Source: Candidatus Eiseniibacteriota bacterium (lineage in GTDB: Bacteria; Eisenbacteria; RBG-16-71-46; SZUA-252). Taken from it: a stretch of DNA of 58,123 nucleotides. The notes beneath the pieces are model-generated. The model was not told where the DNA came from. It made no database searches and saw only the letters and a program-made list of their open reading frames with translations. This document shows, piece by piece, positions 20,459 through 32,836 of this stretch; the first letter of the stretch is position 1; every line of letters starts with the position of its first letter. The position numbers and the translations under genes are program-made. The DNA lies in the NCBI GenBank assembly GCA_005893165.1, contig VBOR01000088.1, forward strand, positions 1-58,123, given 5' to 3'.

Positions 20459-20473
20459 GACGCGCGCCGACCC

Positions 20474-20719
20474 TCAGGGGACCGGGTCGAATCCTCCCGG
20501 ATGGAACGGATGGCACTTCGAAATGCGGCCAAGGATGAGTCCAAGGGCGCGGCCGAGAGATTTCGTGGCGACCGCCTCCTCCGCGTACGCGGCGCAGCTC
20601 GGCACGAAGCGGCACGCGCGCGGCAAGGTGGGCGAGATCGCGGCGCGGTACACGCGAATCATGAAGAGGAGAATCCAGCGCGGCCCCAGGGGCGCCGCGG
20701 CGCGGAGCACGCGGCTCAC
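20474..20719 (-). CDS. yidD: Membrane protein insertion efficiency factor YidD
   Basis: 81 aa from GTG 20719, which forms a GTGA overlap with the rnpA stop. Motifs ISPTLPRACRFVPSCAAYAEEAV and KCHPFHPGGFDPVP. Confidence 0.8.
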   Translation of the reverse strand: MSRVLRAAAPLGPRWILLFMIRVYRAAISPTLPRACRFVPSCAAYAEEAVATKSLGRALGLILGRISKCHPFHPGGFDPVP

Positions 20720-21060
20720 TCCGGTTCCCTCGCCAGGAGCGACTTCATCTCGGCGCTTACCTCCACCAGTGCCGCCGTGGCGCAGGCGCTCCGCGCGATC
20801 CAGATGCGCCAGCATTCCCGATCCCGCACGCCAGGGCTCTGACTCCGGAACGACTCGCGCAGTAGACGCTTGGCTCGATTCCGCCGGACCGCCGGACCGA
20901 CCTTGCGGCTGGCGACGAACCCCACGCGCCCGTGGTCCCGGCGCGGCAAGCACACGAGCGTCATCAAGCTGCCGTGAAAGGATTTCCCTGATTGGTACAC
21001 TTCGCGGAATTGCCAGCCCTGGTGCAGGCGGCGATCGCGCGGCCGGACCGCGCCGGGCAT
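20716..21060 (-). CDS. rnpA: Ribonuclease P protein component
   Basis: ORF 20716..21117 trimmed to ATG 21060, 25 nt after the rpmH stop. VGFVASRKVGPAVRRNRAKRLLRE is the RNR motif. Confidence 0.8.
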   Translation of the reverse strand: MPGAVRPRDRRLHQGWQFREVYQSGKSFHGSLMTLVCLPRRDHGRVGFVASRKVGPAVRRNRAKRLLRESFRSQSPGVRDRECWRIWIARSACATAALVEVSAEMKSLLAREPE

Positions 21061-21085
21061 CTTGGCCTCCCGCCCCGTGCCGGCG

Positions 21086-21220
21086 CTATACCGTGAGGCG
21101 TTTGCGGCCTCGCTCACGGCGGCGCTTGAGAACGGCTCGTCCGCCCCGCGTGCTCATGCGTTCGCGGAAGCCGTGCACCTTTTTCCGGCGGCGATTGTGC
21201 GGCTGAAACGTGCGCTTCAC
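21086..21220 (-). CDS. rpmH: 50S ribosomal protein L34
   Basis: Below the ORF-track size cut-off. Hand translation from GTG 21220 gives [44 protein letters not shown] followed by a stop. GAGG lies 9 nt upstream. Confidence 0.9.
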   Translation of the reverse strand: MKRTFQPHNRRRKKVHGFRERMSTRGGRAVLKRRRERGRKRLTV

Positions 21221-21269
21221 GTGGAATGACCTCGAGAAAGAGAAAACAAGGGTGGAACACGAGCGCCGG

Positions 21270-21299
21270 ATTCTAGCGGACTTGGCCGGTCCGGGTCAA
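21270..21299 (-). promoter_or_regulatory. Sigma70-like promoter for the rpmH operon (TTGACC, 18-nt spacer, TAGAAT)
   Basis: On the minus strand, TTGACC is the rc of 21294-21299 and TAGAAT is the rc of 21270-21275. It lies about 50 nt upstream of the rpmH GTG. Confidence 0.55.
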
Positions 21300-21521
21300 T
21301 CCGAAAGGGCTTCGTAACACGGCGGTTCGAAGATCGAAAGATTTTCGTTGCGCGCGTTCGAACCACCGATGCTACATTGCGCGCGTCGCGATGGCTCTGA
21401 ACGTAAACGCGAACCGTTCACGCTCCGAGTCCTCGCAGTTCGGTCTCCCTCGCGCGGAACCCGCGCCCTCTCGAATCGGACAAGACCCGTTGTGAGGAAA
21501 CTCAAAGCCGATAGCCCGTTT

Positions 21522-21562
21522 CCGGGGCGTAACGGATCAGGATGATGCCCGTTACGCCCCGG
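21522..21562. repeat. Perfect 14-bp inverted repeat / stem-loop (CCGGGGCGTAACGG, 13-nt loop, CCGTTACGCCCCGG)
   Basis: Arms at 21522-21535 and 21549-21562, read directly. It ends 6 nt before the first DnaA box upstream of dnaA. Confidence 0.8.
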
Positions 21563-21568
21563 TTCGTT

Positions 21569-21589
21569 TGTGGATAATTGTGTGGATAA
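21569..21589 (-). promoter_or_regulatory. Two consensus DnaA boxes upstream of dnaA
   Basis: TGTGGATAA at 21569-21577 and at 21581-21589, each 9/9 as the rc of TTATCCACA. They lie about 35-55 nt before the dnaA ATG. Confidence 0.8.
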
Positions 21590-21622
21590 CCGGTGGACAC
21601 ACTGTGCGGGGATGGGGATGAC

Positions 21623-22960
21623 ATGACAACGATGACGGAATCCATGGTGGCGGGTGATGTGTGGCAGGGGGCGCTCGAGAAGATCCAGTCCCATATCTCG
21701 AGCCAGACGTTCGAAACCTGGTTCCGTTCGCTCGGGCCGCTCGACTCCGATGGGGCGGCGATGGTGCTCGAGGTCCCGAGCCAGTTCTACGTCGATTGGC
21801 TCGATCACCACTACCGAGGGTTGATCGAGTCCTCCCTCGCCGCCGTGGCGGGACACCCGGTGATCCTCACCTTCCAGGTGCGCGCGGTGGAACCGCCCGT
21901 GTTCGAGGAGCGGCCTCGCGGGCCGCTGCCCAGCCGGCACGAATGCATCCTTCACCCCAACAACACATTCGAGACGTTCATCGTGGGGAGCGGGAACCAG
22001 CTGGCTCACGCCACGGCTATGGCGGTGTCGAAGGAGCCCGGCACGCGCTACAACCCGCTCTTTCTGTACGGGGGCGTGGGGCTGGGCAAGACCCACCTCA
22101 TGCACGCCATCGGGCACAACGTCCGTGCCATCCGGCCCAGCGCTCGGATCTTCTTCGTGAGCGCCGAGAAATTCATGAACGAGATGATCTATGCCATCCA
22201 GCACGCCACGACGCTCGAGTTCAAGAGCCGTTACCGGACGGCCGACGTGCTCCTGCTCGACGACGTCCAGTTCCTGGCGGGCAAGGAGAGCACGCAGGAA
22301 GAGTTCTTCCACACGTTCAATACGCTTCATGACGCGCGCAAGCAGATCGTGCTCACGAGCGACGCTCCTCCGAACCAGATGCCCGGGATCGAGGAGCGCC
22401 TCGTTTCCCGGTTCGCCTGGGGAATGCCGGTGGATCTCAAGGCGCCGGATCTCGAGACCCGGGTCGCCATCGTGAAGAAGAAGGCGGAGCTCCAGAATCG
22501 GAGCGTCCCGAACGAGGTCTGCCTGCTCCTTGCGAGCAGCATCAAGACGAACATCCGCGATCTGGAAGGCTCCCTCTCGAGGCTCCTCGCCTTCGCCGAT
22601 CTCATGAATCACGACCTGACGGTGGACTTCGCGCAGGAGGTGCTGCGCGACCAGATCAAGCCGGACATGGCGCGCGTCGACGTCTCCGACATCCAGCGGC
22701 TCGTGGCGAGGCACTTCAACGTATCCGAGGAATCGCTCCGCGGAAAGCGCCGCACCGACGTGATCGCCTTTCCCCGTCAGGTCGGCATGTACATCGCGCG
22801 CTCGACGACCGATCTCTCGCTCGCCGATATCGGAGGAAAATTCGGAGGACGCGATCATTCCACCGTGCTCCACGCCTGCAGCAAGATCGAAGCGCTCATG
22901 GCCTCCGACCGCGAGCTTCGAACCACCGTCGAAGACCTCATCTCCAGCATCAGCACCTAA
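21623..22960 (+). CDS. dnaA: Chromosomal replication initiator protein DnaA
   Basis: ORF 21593..22960 trimmed to ATG 21623. Motifs NPLFLYGGVGLGKTHLMHAIG (Walker A), LLLDDVQFL, and the domain IV stretch FPRQVGMYIAR...GGRDHSTVLHA. Confidence 0.95.
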   Translation: MTTMTESMVAGDVWQGALEKIQSHISSQTFETWFRSLGPLDSDGAAMVLEVPSQFYVDWLDHHYRGLIESSLAAVAGHPVILTFQVRAVEPPVFEERPRGPLPSRHECILHPNNTFETFIVGSGNQLAHATAMAVSKEPGTRYNPLFLYGGVGLGKTHLMHAIGHNVRAIRPSARIFFVSAEKFMNEMIYAIQHATTLEFKSRYRTADVLLLDDVQFLAGKESTQEEFFHTFNTLHDARKQIVLTSDAPPNQMPGIEERLVSRFAWGMPVDLKAPDLETRVAIVKKKAELQNRSVPNEVCLLLASSIKTNIRDLEGSLSRLLAFADLMNHDLTVDFAQEVLRDQIKPDMARVDVSDIQRLVARHFNVSEESLRGKRRTDVIAFPRQVGMYIARSTTDLSLADIGGKFGGRDHSTVLHACSKIEALMASDRELRTTVEDLISSIST

Positions 22961-23411
22961 TTGAAATCAAACGGGCGACCCCCGCGGGTCCCCGGGATTC
23001 ACCGACTCAAAGCCGGTGAGTTCCGTGTGGACAACGCGGGGGGCTCGTCCGTTTTGTGGATTTCGGGGCATAACTTCGGGCTTATCCACAGCGGTTCACG
23101 GCTTTCGGCAGCGCGCCACCACCTTGTAATTTACTGGTGTACAATCACTTGGAGGACTCACCCCATGCGCGATCCACACAATCCACAGCCCCTATCACTA
23201 CTGCTTCTATTCATGGAACCTGATCTTCGTAGCTCCTCTGAAAACAGACCCAGAAGAGCTCCAAAAATGAGGGCTTTTCTGTTGTGAAAAAGGCACTCCG
23301 AAACTATAATTTTCAAGGATCTGAGACCCTTCCCGACGCCACCTGCAAACCCTAATCCGACAAAAGATTAGCGGGGGATCAACGGAGATGATCACAGCAC
23401 AGGAAGTGGCC
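22961..23411. other. oriC candidate (DnaA-box cluster plus A+T-rich unwinding region) in the dnaA-dnaN spacer
   Basis: Boxes: 23026-23034 TGTGGACAA (8/9), 23055-23063 TGTGGATTT (7/9), 23082-23090 TTATCCACA (9/9). Abutting boxes 23170-23178 and 23179-23187 (nnATCCACA, 7/9 each). The least G+C-rich stretch of the left half follows at about 23192-23320. Confidence 0.75.
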
Positions 23412-24545
23412 ATGAAGTTCTCGATTGCCCAGACCGAATTTCTCGACGCTTTGCAGGTGGTTTCGAGCGCGGTTCCGAGCCGGACGACGCTTCCGGTCCT
23501 CTCGAACATCCTCCTGGAAGTTTCCGAGGACAAAGTGGAGATGCGGGCGACCGATCTGGACCTCGCGATCGCGACGAAAGCGCGCGCGAACGTCAAAGAT
23601 CCGGGAACGCTGACGGTGCCCGCGAAGAAGCTGTTCGAGCTCGTGCGAAAGCTTCCCAAGGAGGAGCTCAAGATCGAGGCGAAGGACCTCACGTTGAACG
23701 TCGGGAGCAAGAGCGGCCGCTACAAATTCCTCTGCATCCGTCCCGAGGAATTCCCCGTGCTTCCCAAGGTGGAAGCGGACGTCGAGGTCTCCCTCGAGCC
23801 CGATCTCCTCGAGCGGCTGATCCGGCGCACCATCTACTCTGTCTCCACGGACGAGACGCGGCCGGCCCTGAATGGAGCTCTGTTCCAGATTCGAGACGAT
23901 GAGCTGCGCGTCGTGGCGACGGACGGTCACCGCCTCTCCAAGGCCTCGTGCAAGCCCCAGGGTGGGATCCCGACGCCCCCGAAGGGGGATGTGATCGTGC
24001 CGCTCAAGGCGCTGAATCAAGTGCAGCGGCTCCTGGCCCTGGCGGCGGGCCCCGTGAGCGTCGGAATCTCGAAAAATCACGCCCGGTTCACGATCGGGGA
24101 TACGACCCTCACGACCAAGCTCATCGAGGGCCCGTTCCCGAACTACGAACAGGTGCTTCCCAAGCAGAACAACAAGCATCTGAAAGTGAAACGGGAAGAT
24201 CTGGCCCAGGCGCTGGAGCGCGTTTCCGTGTTCTCGGACAGCCTCACGCGCCAGGTGAAACTTTCGCTGCGCCCGAATCGCCTGACCCTGATCGTGCAGA
24301 CGCCCGACCAGGGGGACGCGACCGAGGAGCTGGACGCGCAGTACGGCTCCGACGACCTCGACATCGGGTACAACGCGGCCTACCTGCTCGACATCCTTCG
24401 CACCATCGACAGCGAAGACGTCGACATTCGTCTCAATACGCCGGTGACGGCCGGACTCATCGCGCCCACCGCGCAAACGGACAAGGGAGGCGCCTCGAAA
24501 GAGGATCTCCTCTGTCTCGTGATGCCCCTTCGCCTGGCGAGCTGA
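23412..24545 (+). CDS. dnaN: DNA polymerase III beta sliding clamp
   Basis: MKFSIAQTEFLDALQVVSSAVPSRTTLPVLSNILLE is a typical N-terminus. AGGAAG lies 6 nt before ATG 23412. The ORF-track ATG 23388 remains possible. Confidence 0.95.
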   Translation: MKFSIAQTEFLDALQVVSSAVPSRTTLPVLSNILLEVSEDKVEMRATDLDLAIATKARANVKDPGTLTVPAKKLFELVRKLPKEELKIEAKDLTLNVGSKSGRYKFLCIRPEEFPVLPKVEADVEVSLEPDLLERLIRRTIYSVSTDETRPALNGALFQIRDDELRVVATDGHRLSKASCKPQGGIPTPPKGDVIVPLKALNQVQRLLALAAGPVSVGISKNHARFTIGDTTLTTKLIEGPFPNYEQVLPKQNNKHLKVKREDLAQALERVSVFSDSLTRQVKLSLRPNRLTLIVQTPDQGDATEELDAQYGSDDLDIGYNAAYLLDILRTIDSEDVDIRLNTPVTAGLIAPTAQTDKGGASKEDLLCLVMPLRLAS

Positions 24546-24557
24546 GCTCTAGAACGC

Positions 24558-27981
<3,424 letters not shown>

Positions 27982-28021
27982 GCGGATGAGATCCCGATCG
28001 CATCGCAAGGAGATTTGACCG

Positions 28022-30306
28022 ATGGCCACGCGTGAGAAAGTTGTTCCGATCTACGTCGAAGACGAGATGCGGAACTCCTACATCGACTATTCGATGTCGG
28101 TCATCGTCTCGCGCGCCCTGCCCGACGTCCGGGACGGCCTGAAGCCGGTCCACCGGCGCGTCCTGGTGGCCATGCGGGAGCTGAACCTCCTCCACGACCG
28201 CCCCTTCCGGAAATCCGCCAAGATCACGGGCGACGTGACGGGCAACTATCACCCGCACGGCACCGCGGCGGTGTACGAGACGATGGTGCGCATGGCGCAG
28301 ACCTTCTCGATGCGCTACCCCCTCGTGGACGGGCAGGGGAACTTCGGATCCGTGGACGGGGACGCCCCCGCGGCGGAGCGGTACACCGAGGCCCGGCTCA
28401 CCGAATTCGCGGAGGAGATGCTCCGCGACATCGAGCGCGACACGGTCAACATGCGGCCCAACTACGACGAGTCGCGCGAGGAGCCGGTGGTCCTGCCGTC
28501 GGCGGTGCCGAACCTCCTCGTGAACGGATCCTCCGGCATCGCGGTCGGGATGGCGACCAACGTCCCGCCCCACAATCTGACATCACCGTGCGCTCGAAAA
28601 CCGACGTCGAGGAGATCCGGAAGGACCGCGAGGCGATCATCGTCACCGAGATCCCCTACATGGTCAGCAAGGCCGCGCTGCTCGAGAAGATCGCCGATCT
28701 CGTGAAGGACGGACCCCTGGACGGGATCTCCGACCTCCGCGACGAATCGGACCGCGACGGGATGCGTATCGTGATCGAGCTGAAGCGCGACGCCCAGCCC
28801 AAGGTGGTCCTGAACCAGCTCTTCAAGCACACCCAGATGCAGACCACCTTCGGCGCGAACATGCTGGCGCTCGTCGGGAACCGCCCGCTCACGCTCACGC
28901 TGAAGGAGATGATCGAGCACTACATCGCGCACCGGCAGGACGTGGTCGTGCGGCGCACGAAGTTCGACCTGGCGGAGGCGGAGAAGCGCGCCCACATCCT
29001 CGAGGGGCTGAAGATCGCCCTCGATCACATCGACGAGATCGTGAAGCTGATCCGCGCGGCCGCCGATACCGAGGCCGCCCGCACCGGGCTCATGGGCCGC
29101 TTCGGCCTGAGCGAGATCCAGGCGAACGCCATCCTCGAGATGCGCCTCTCGCGGCTCACCGGCCTCGAGCGGAAGAAGGTCGAGGACGAATATCTGGAAG
29201 TGATCCAGCTCATCGAGAGCCTGAAGGCCATCCTGGCCTCGCCGGCCAAGGTGCTCGCGATCATCAAGGACGAGCTCGTGGGCGTGAAGGAGCGCTTCGG
29301 CGACGAGCGCCGCACGGAGATCGTGGCGGGCTCGGGCGAGTTCGAGGCGGAGGATCTGATCGCCGAGGAGGACATGGTGATCACGATCTCCCACGCGGGC
29401 TACATCAAGCGGCTCCCGGTCACGACCTACCGCAGCCAGCGGCGCGGGGGACGGGGGGTCACGGGCGCGGGCACGCGCGAAGAGGACTTCATCGAGCACC
29501 TCTTCATCGCCTCGACCCACAGCTACATTCTCGTCTTCACGGACCGCGGCCGCGTCTACTGGCTCAAGGTCCACGAGGTGCCGCAGGGGGGCCGTACCGC
29601 GAAGGGGAAGGCGATCGTGAACATGGTCGAGATGTCGCAGCAGGAGCGCGTCGCGGCCGTGCTTCCCGTGAAGGAATTCGACGACACACACTTCATCATG
29701 ATGGTGACGAAGAACGGCACCGCCAAGAAGACGCCGCTCTCCGCCTATTCCAATCCGCGCCGCGGGGGCATCGTCGCGATCGGGGTGGACGAGAACGACG
29801 CCCTGATAGACGCGGTGCTCACCGACGGGACCCAGGAGATCGTCCTCCAGAAGCGGAACGGCAAGGCGATCCGGTTCAACGAGGGGGATGTCCGTCCCAT
29901 GGGACGCACGGCCTACGGCGTGCGCGGCGTGACGCTCGAGGAGGATGACGCGGTGGTCGGCATGATCGCCGTGAAGCGCGAGGCCTCGCTCCTGGTCGCG
30001 ACCGAGAACGGATACGGCAAGCGCTCTCCCATCTCCGAGTACCGGATCACGGGACGCGGAGGCAAGGGGATCATCTCGATCCAGGCCACCGAGCGGAACG
30101 GACGCGTGGTCGCGGCCCTCGAAGTCGTCCCGACCGATCAGGTGATGCTCATCACCCGCGGCGGGATCGTGATCCGCACCAAGGTCTCGGAGATCTCCGA
30201 GATCGGCCGGAACACCCAGGGCGTCCGGCTCATCAACCTGGAAGAGGGCGACCAGCTGATCGACGTCGCCAGGGTCGAGGAGAAGGACGAGGGCGAGGAG
30301 GAGTAG
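28022..30306 (+). pseudogene. gyrA: DNA gyrase subunit A, interrupted by an internal deletion plus frame change at about 28577-28582
   Basis: The N-terminal frame (ORF 28022..28705) is good GyrA up to [15 protein letters not shown] and includes the catalytic [10 protein letters not shown]. The C-terminal frame (ORF 28588..30306) resumes at [27 protein letters not shown] and runs to the acidic tail. Confidence 0.9.
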
Positions 30307-30960
30307 CTGGACCCTCGGATCTCGACCTCGACGGTCCGCCGCCTCTCCGATTATTACCGGGTCCTGGAAGAGCTGGAGCTGGAAGGGGTCCGCACCATCT
30401 CCTCGCAGGGCCTGGCTCACCTGAGCGGCGTCACCTCCGCACAGGTCCGGAAGGACCTTTCCTACTTCGGCAATTTCGGCAAGCGCGGCCTGGGGTACCT
30501 CGTCGCGCGCCTCAAGAAAGAGATCCGTCTCATCCTGGGCCTGAACCGCCGGTGGAAGGTCGCCCTGGTGGGCGCGGGGAACATCGGCTCGGCGCTCTTC
30601 TCGTACAAGGAATTCCGTCGCCAGGGATTCGATTTCGCCGCGGTGTTCGACGTGAGCCCCGAGCGGATCGACCAGAAGTGGCGCGATCTCCACATCCTCC
30701 ACGTGGACGCGCTGCAAGAGGAGACCGAGCGGCTGGGGCTCGAGATCGGGGTCATCGCGGTTCCCGCGCGCGCGGCGCAAGCCGTGGCCGACCGCATGGT
30801 GATGGCGGGGATGCGCGGAATCCTGAACTTCGCCCACCGGAAGCTCTTCGTGCCTCCTCAAGTGGCGCTTCGAAACGTGAACCTCGCGGTGGAGCTGGAA
30901 AGCCTCTCCTTCTCGATCAAGGCCCTCACCGCCCGCCCCACGCGACGGCCGCGCCGCTGA
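30307..30960 (+). CDS. rex: Redox-sensing transcriptional repressor Rex; start codon non-canonical or unresolved
   Basis: The ORF track reports only the Rossmann half (30568..30960). Hand translation of the same frame from 30307 gives the winged-helix half: LDPRISTSTVRRLSDYYRVLEELELEGVRTISSQGLAHLSGVTSAQVRKDLSYFGNFGKRGLGYLV. There is no ATG, GTG or TTG before 30568. Confidence 0.8.
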   Translation: MDPRISTSTVRRLSDYYRVLEELELEGVRTISSQGLAHLSGVTSAQVRKDLSYFGNFGKRGLGYLVARLKKEIRLILGLNRRWKVALVGAGNIGSALFSYKEFRRQGFDFAAVFDVSPERIDQKWRDLHILHVDALQEETERLGLEIGVIAVPARAAQAVADRMVMAGMRGILNFAHRKLFVPPQVALRNVNLAVELESLSFSIKALTARPTRRPRR

Positions 30961-31823
30961 TGCGCGGCGGCGATTCGAGCCGGGTCGCCGAGGGCACGCT
31001 TCTCCTCATCACCGCGATCTGGGGGACGACGTTCCCGCTCCTCAGCGTCACGCTCCACCTCGTCGATGCCTACACGATCGTGGCGATCCGGTTCTCCGTC
31101 GCGGCCGTCGTGCTCGTGGCCCTCTACGGGCGCCGGCTCGCGCGCATGAGCCGCGTCGAGGTATGGGACGGGGTCCGCACGGGGCTCCTTCTCGTCGCGG
31201 GCTACCTCACGCAGGCCATCGGGCTCACGACCACCAGCGTGCCCCGATCCGCGTTCCTGACGGGAACCGCGGTCGTCTTCATGCCGTTCGTTTCCTTCCT
31301 GGTATTGCGCTCGCGGGTGCAGATCGGGGAGACACTGGGCGTGGCGCTGGTGTTCGCGGGACTCCTGATCTTCTACGCGGACGCGGGGCTGAGCCTGCGC
31401 GCGGGGGACGTCTGGACCCTGGCCTGCGCGGTCCTCTTCGCGTGCCAGGTCGTGTACACCAGCGTGGCCGCCCGGCGAAGCGATCCCTACGCGGTCTCGG
31501 CGATGCAGGCCCTGGTCTCGGGCGCGGTGGGATGGCTCTTCATCGGCGCGCGCGGGAAGCTCTCGGTCCCCGCCGAGGCCTGGGGAACGCTCCTCTATCT
31601 CGGCGTCGTCGCAAGCGCGCTCATCCTCGTGCTCCAGACCTGGGCGCTGGGAAAGACGAACCCGGTGCGCGCCGGCGTGATCTATTCCCTGGAGCCGGTG
31701 TTCGCCTCGATCTTCGCGATGTGGTTCTTCGGCGCGCACATGTCCCTGCTGGAGGTCGCGGGGAGTGCCGCGATCCTGGCGGGGGTGCTGGTGGCCGAGC
31801 TGAAGAAAGTCAGCGCGGACTAG
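30960..31823 (+). CDS. EamA/DMT-family transporter
   Basis: It is the C-terminal part of ORF 30552..31823, starting at ATG 30960, which shares one base with the rex TGA (TGATG). About ten hydrophobic spans and a duplicated EamA-like organisation. Confidence 0.85.
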   Translation: MRGGDSSRVAEGTLLLITAIWGTTFPLLSVTLHLVDAYTIVAIRFSVAAVVLVALYGRRLARMSRVEVWDGVRTGLLLVAGYLTQAIGLTTTSVPRSAFLTGTAVVFMPFVSFLVLRSRVQIGETLGVALVFAGLLIFYADAGLSLRAGDVWTLACAVLFACQVVYTSVAARRSDPYAVSAMQALVSGAVGWLFIGARGKLSVPAEAWGTLLYLGVVASALILVLQTWALGKTNPVRAGVIYSLEPVFASIFAMWFFGAHMSLLEVAGSAAILAGVLVAELKKVSAD

Positions 31824-31871
31824 GGCAGGCGAGCGCCGCGGCGGTACGAGGGGCGAGCGCCCCGCGCGAGA

Positions 31872-32720
31872 TCAGCGGCGCGCGCCGGGTGAAGGAGGGG
31901 CGCCCGCGGGCAAGGGTGCTCCCGGCAGCGTCCGCGCGAAATTTCGAAACGCCTCCTCGACCGCCTGCGCCAGCTCGGGGGGAGGCGGATACCCGCTGTC
32001 CTCCGGAGGCGCGGCGCTTCCAACCTCCACCGTCGCGCCGGGACCCCTGGCCGGACCGGCGGGCGACAGCACCGGCCTCGAGTTCTCGCTCGATCCGTCG
32101 AGCCGCGCGAGCGCGGCCAGCGTCCGTTTCGAGAGATCGTAGAGATGGACGGCTACCCGCGCGTCCCGCCCCGTGATTCCCATGGCGTAGCCGACCCGCG
32201 CCGCCCCCGTGTCGCTCTCGGCCACTCCGCGCGCCGAGCTTCTCGTGTGATCCTTCTCGACCCGCGCGAGGAGGAGAAACCGCGCGGCGCCGCGGAGGGA
32301 GTCCGAGATCTCGCCAAGCGCCTGGCCGTCGAGGTTGCCCTGATATTCGTAGCCGAGGAGGAGCTTGCGGTAGCGCTCCCCTCCGAGCAGGTGCTGGACG
32401 CTGTCGGCCGGAATGATCCCAAGGTCCGGGCGCTCCTCGTGAAGGGTCCGTTCCAGCGTGGCAATGAGCGGCGGACGGACCTGGTCGGGCTCCTGATATT
32501 TCACGACGCCCAGGACCGCGATCTTCCCCTGGCGAAGCTCGATCTCGTTCAGGGAGGGATCGAGCCGCTTCAGCTCCGATTCGGCGGCGCACCCGAGGAG
32601 CGAGGCGCAGCAAAGGAGGAGTGCCGCGCCGGCCAGAAGCAGGATCACCCGGCGCGTGCCCTCCGGGTTCACCCGAAAGCGCTTGCCAGTCGGGTCGGGG
32701 CGGTGGCACGGTCCCGCCAT
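31872..32720 (-). CDS. Hypothetical lipoprotein
   Basis: ORF 31872..33026 trimmed to ATG 32720, with 32756 as an alternative. Signal peptide with the lipobox ASLLGC. I recognise no family. Confidence 0.5.
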   Translation of the reverse strand: MAGPCHRPDPTGKRFRVNPEGTRRVILLLAGAALLLCCASLLGCAAESELKRLDPSLNEIELRQGKIAVLGVVKYQEPDQVRPPLIATLERTLHEERPDLGIIPADSVQHLLGGERYRKLLLGYEYQGNLDGQALGEISDSLRGAARFLLLARVEKDHTRSSARGVAESDTGAARVGYAMGITGRDARVAVHLYDLSKRTLAALARLDGSSENSRPVLSPAGPARGPGATVEVGSAAPPEDSGYPPPPELAQAVEEAFRNFARTLPGAPLPAGAPPSPGARR

Positions 32721-32836
32721 GCTGCGCTGGCTCCTGATCGGCGGATTCGGATTCATAGGCACGATTGTAAGGTATGCGGTCCAGGGCGGGGTCCAGCGCC
32801 TGCCGCTCCTGGATGAGATGGTGGTGGACGGAATGG

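Noticed and set aside
21211-21226. parS-like string GCTTCACGTGGAAT at the rpmH start codon.
   Set aside because: It has three mismatches to the 14-nt parS core and breaks the palindrome. It is explained by the rpmH coding and initiation sequence.
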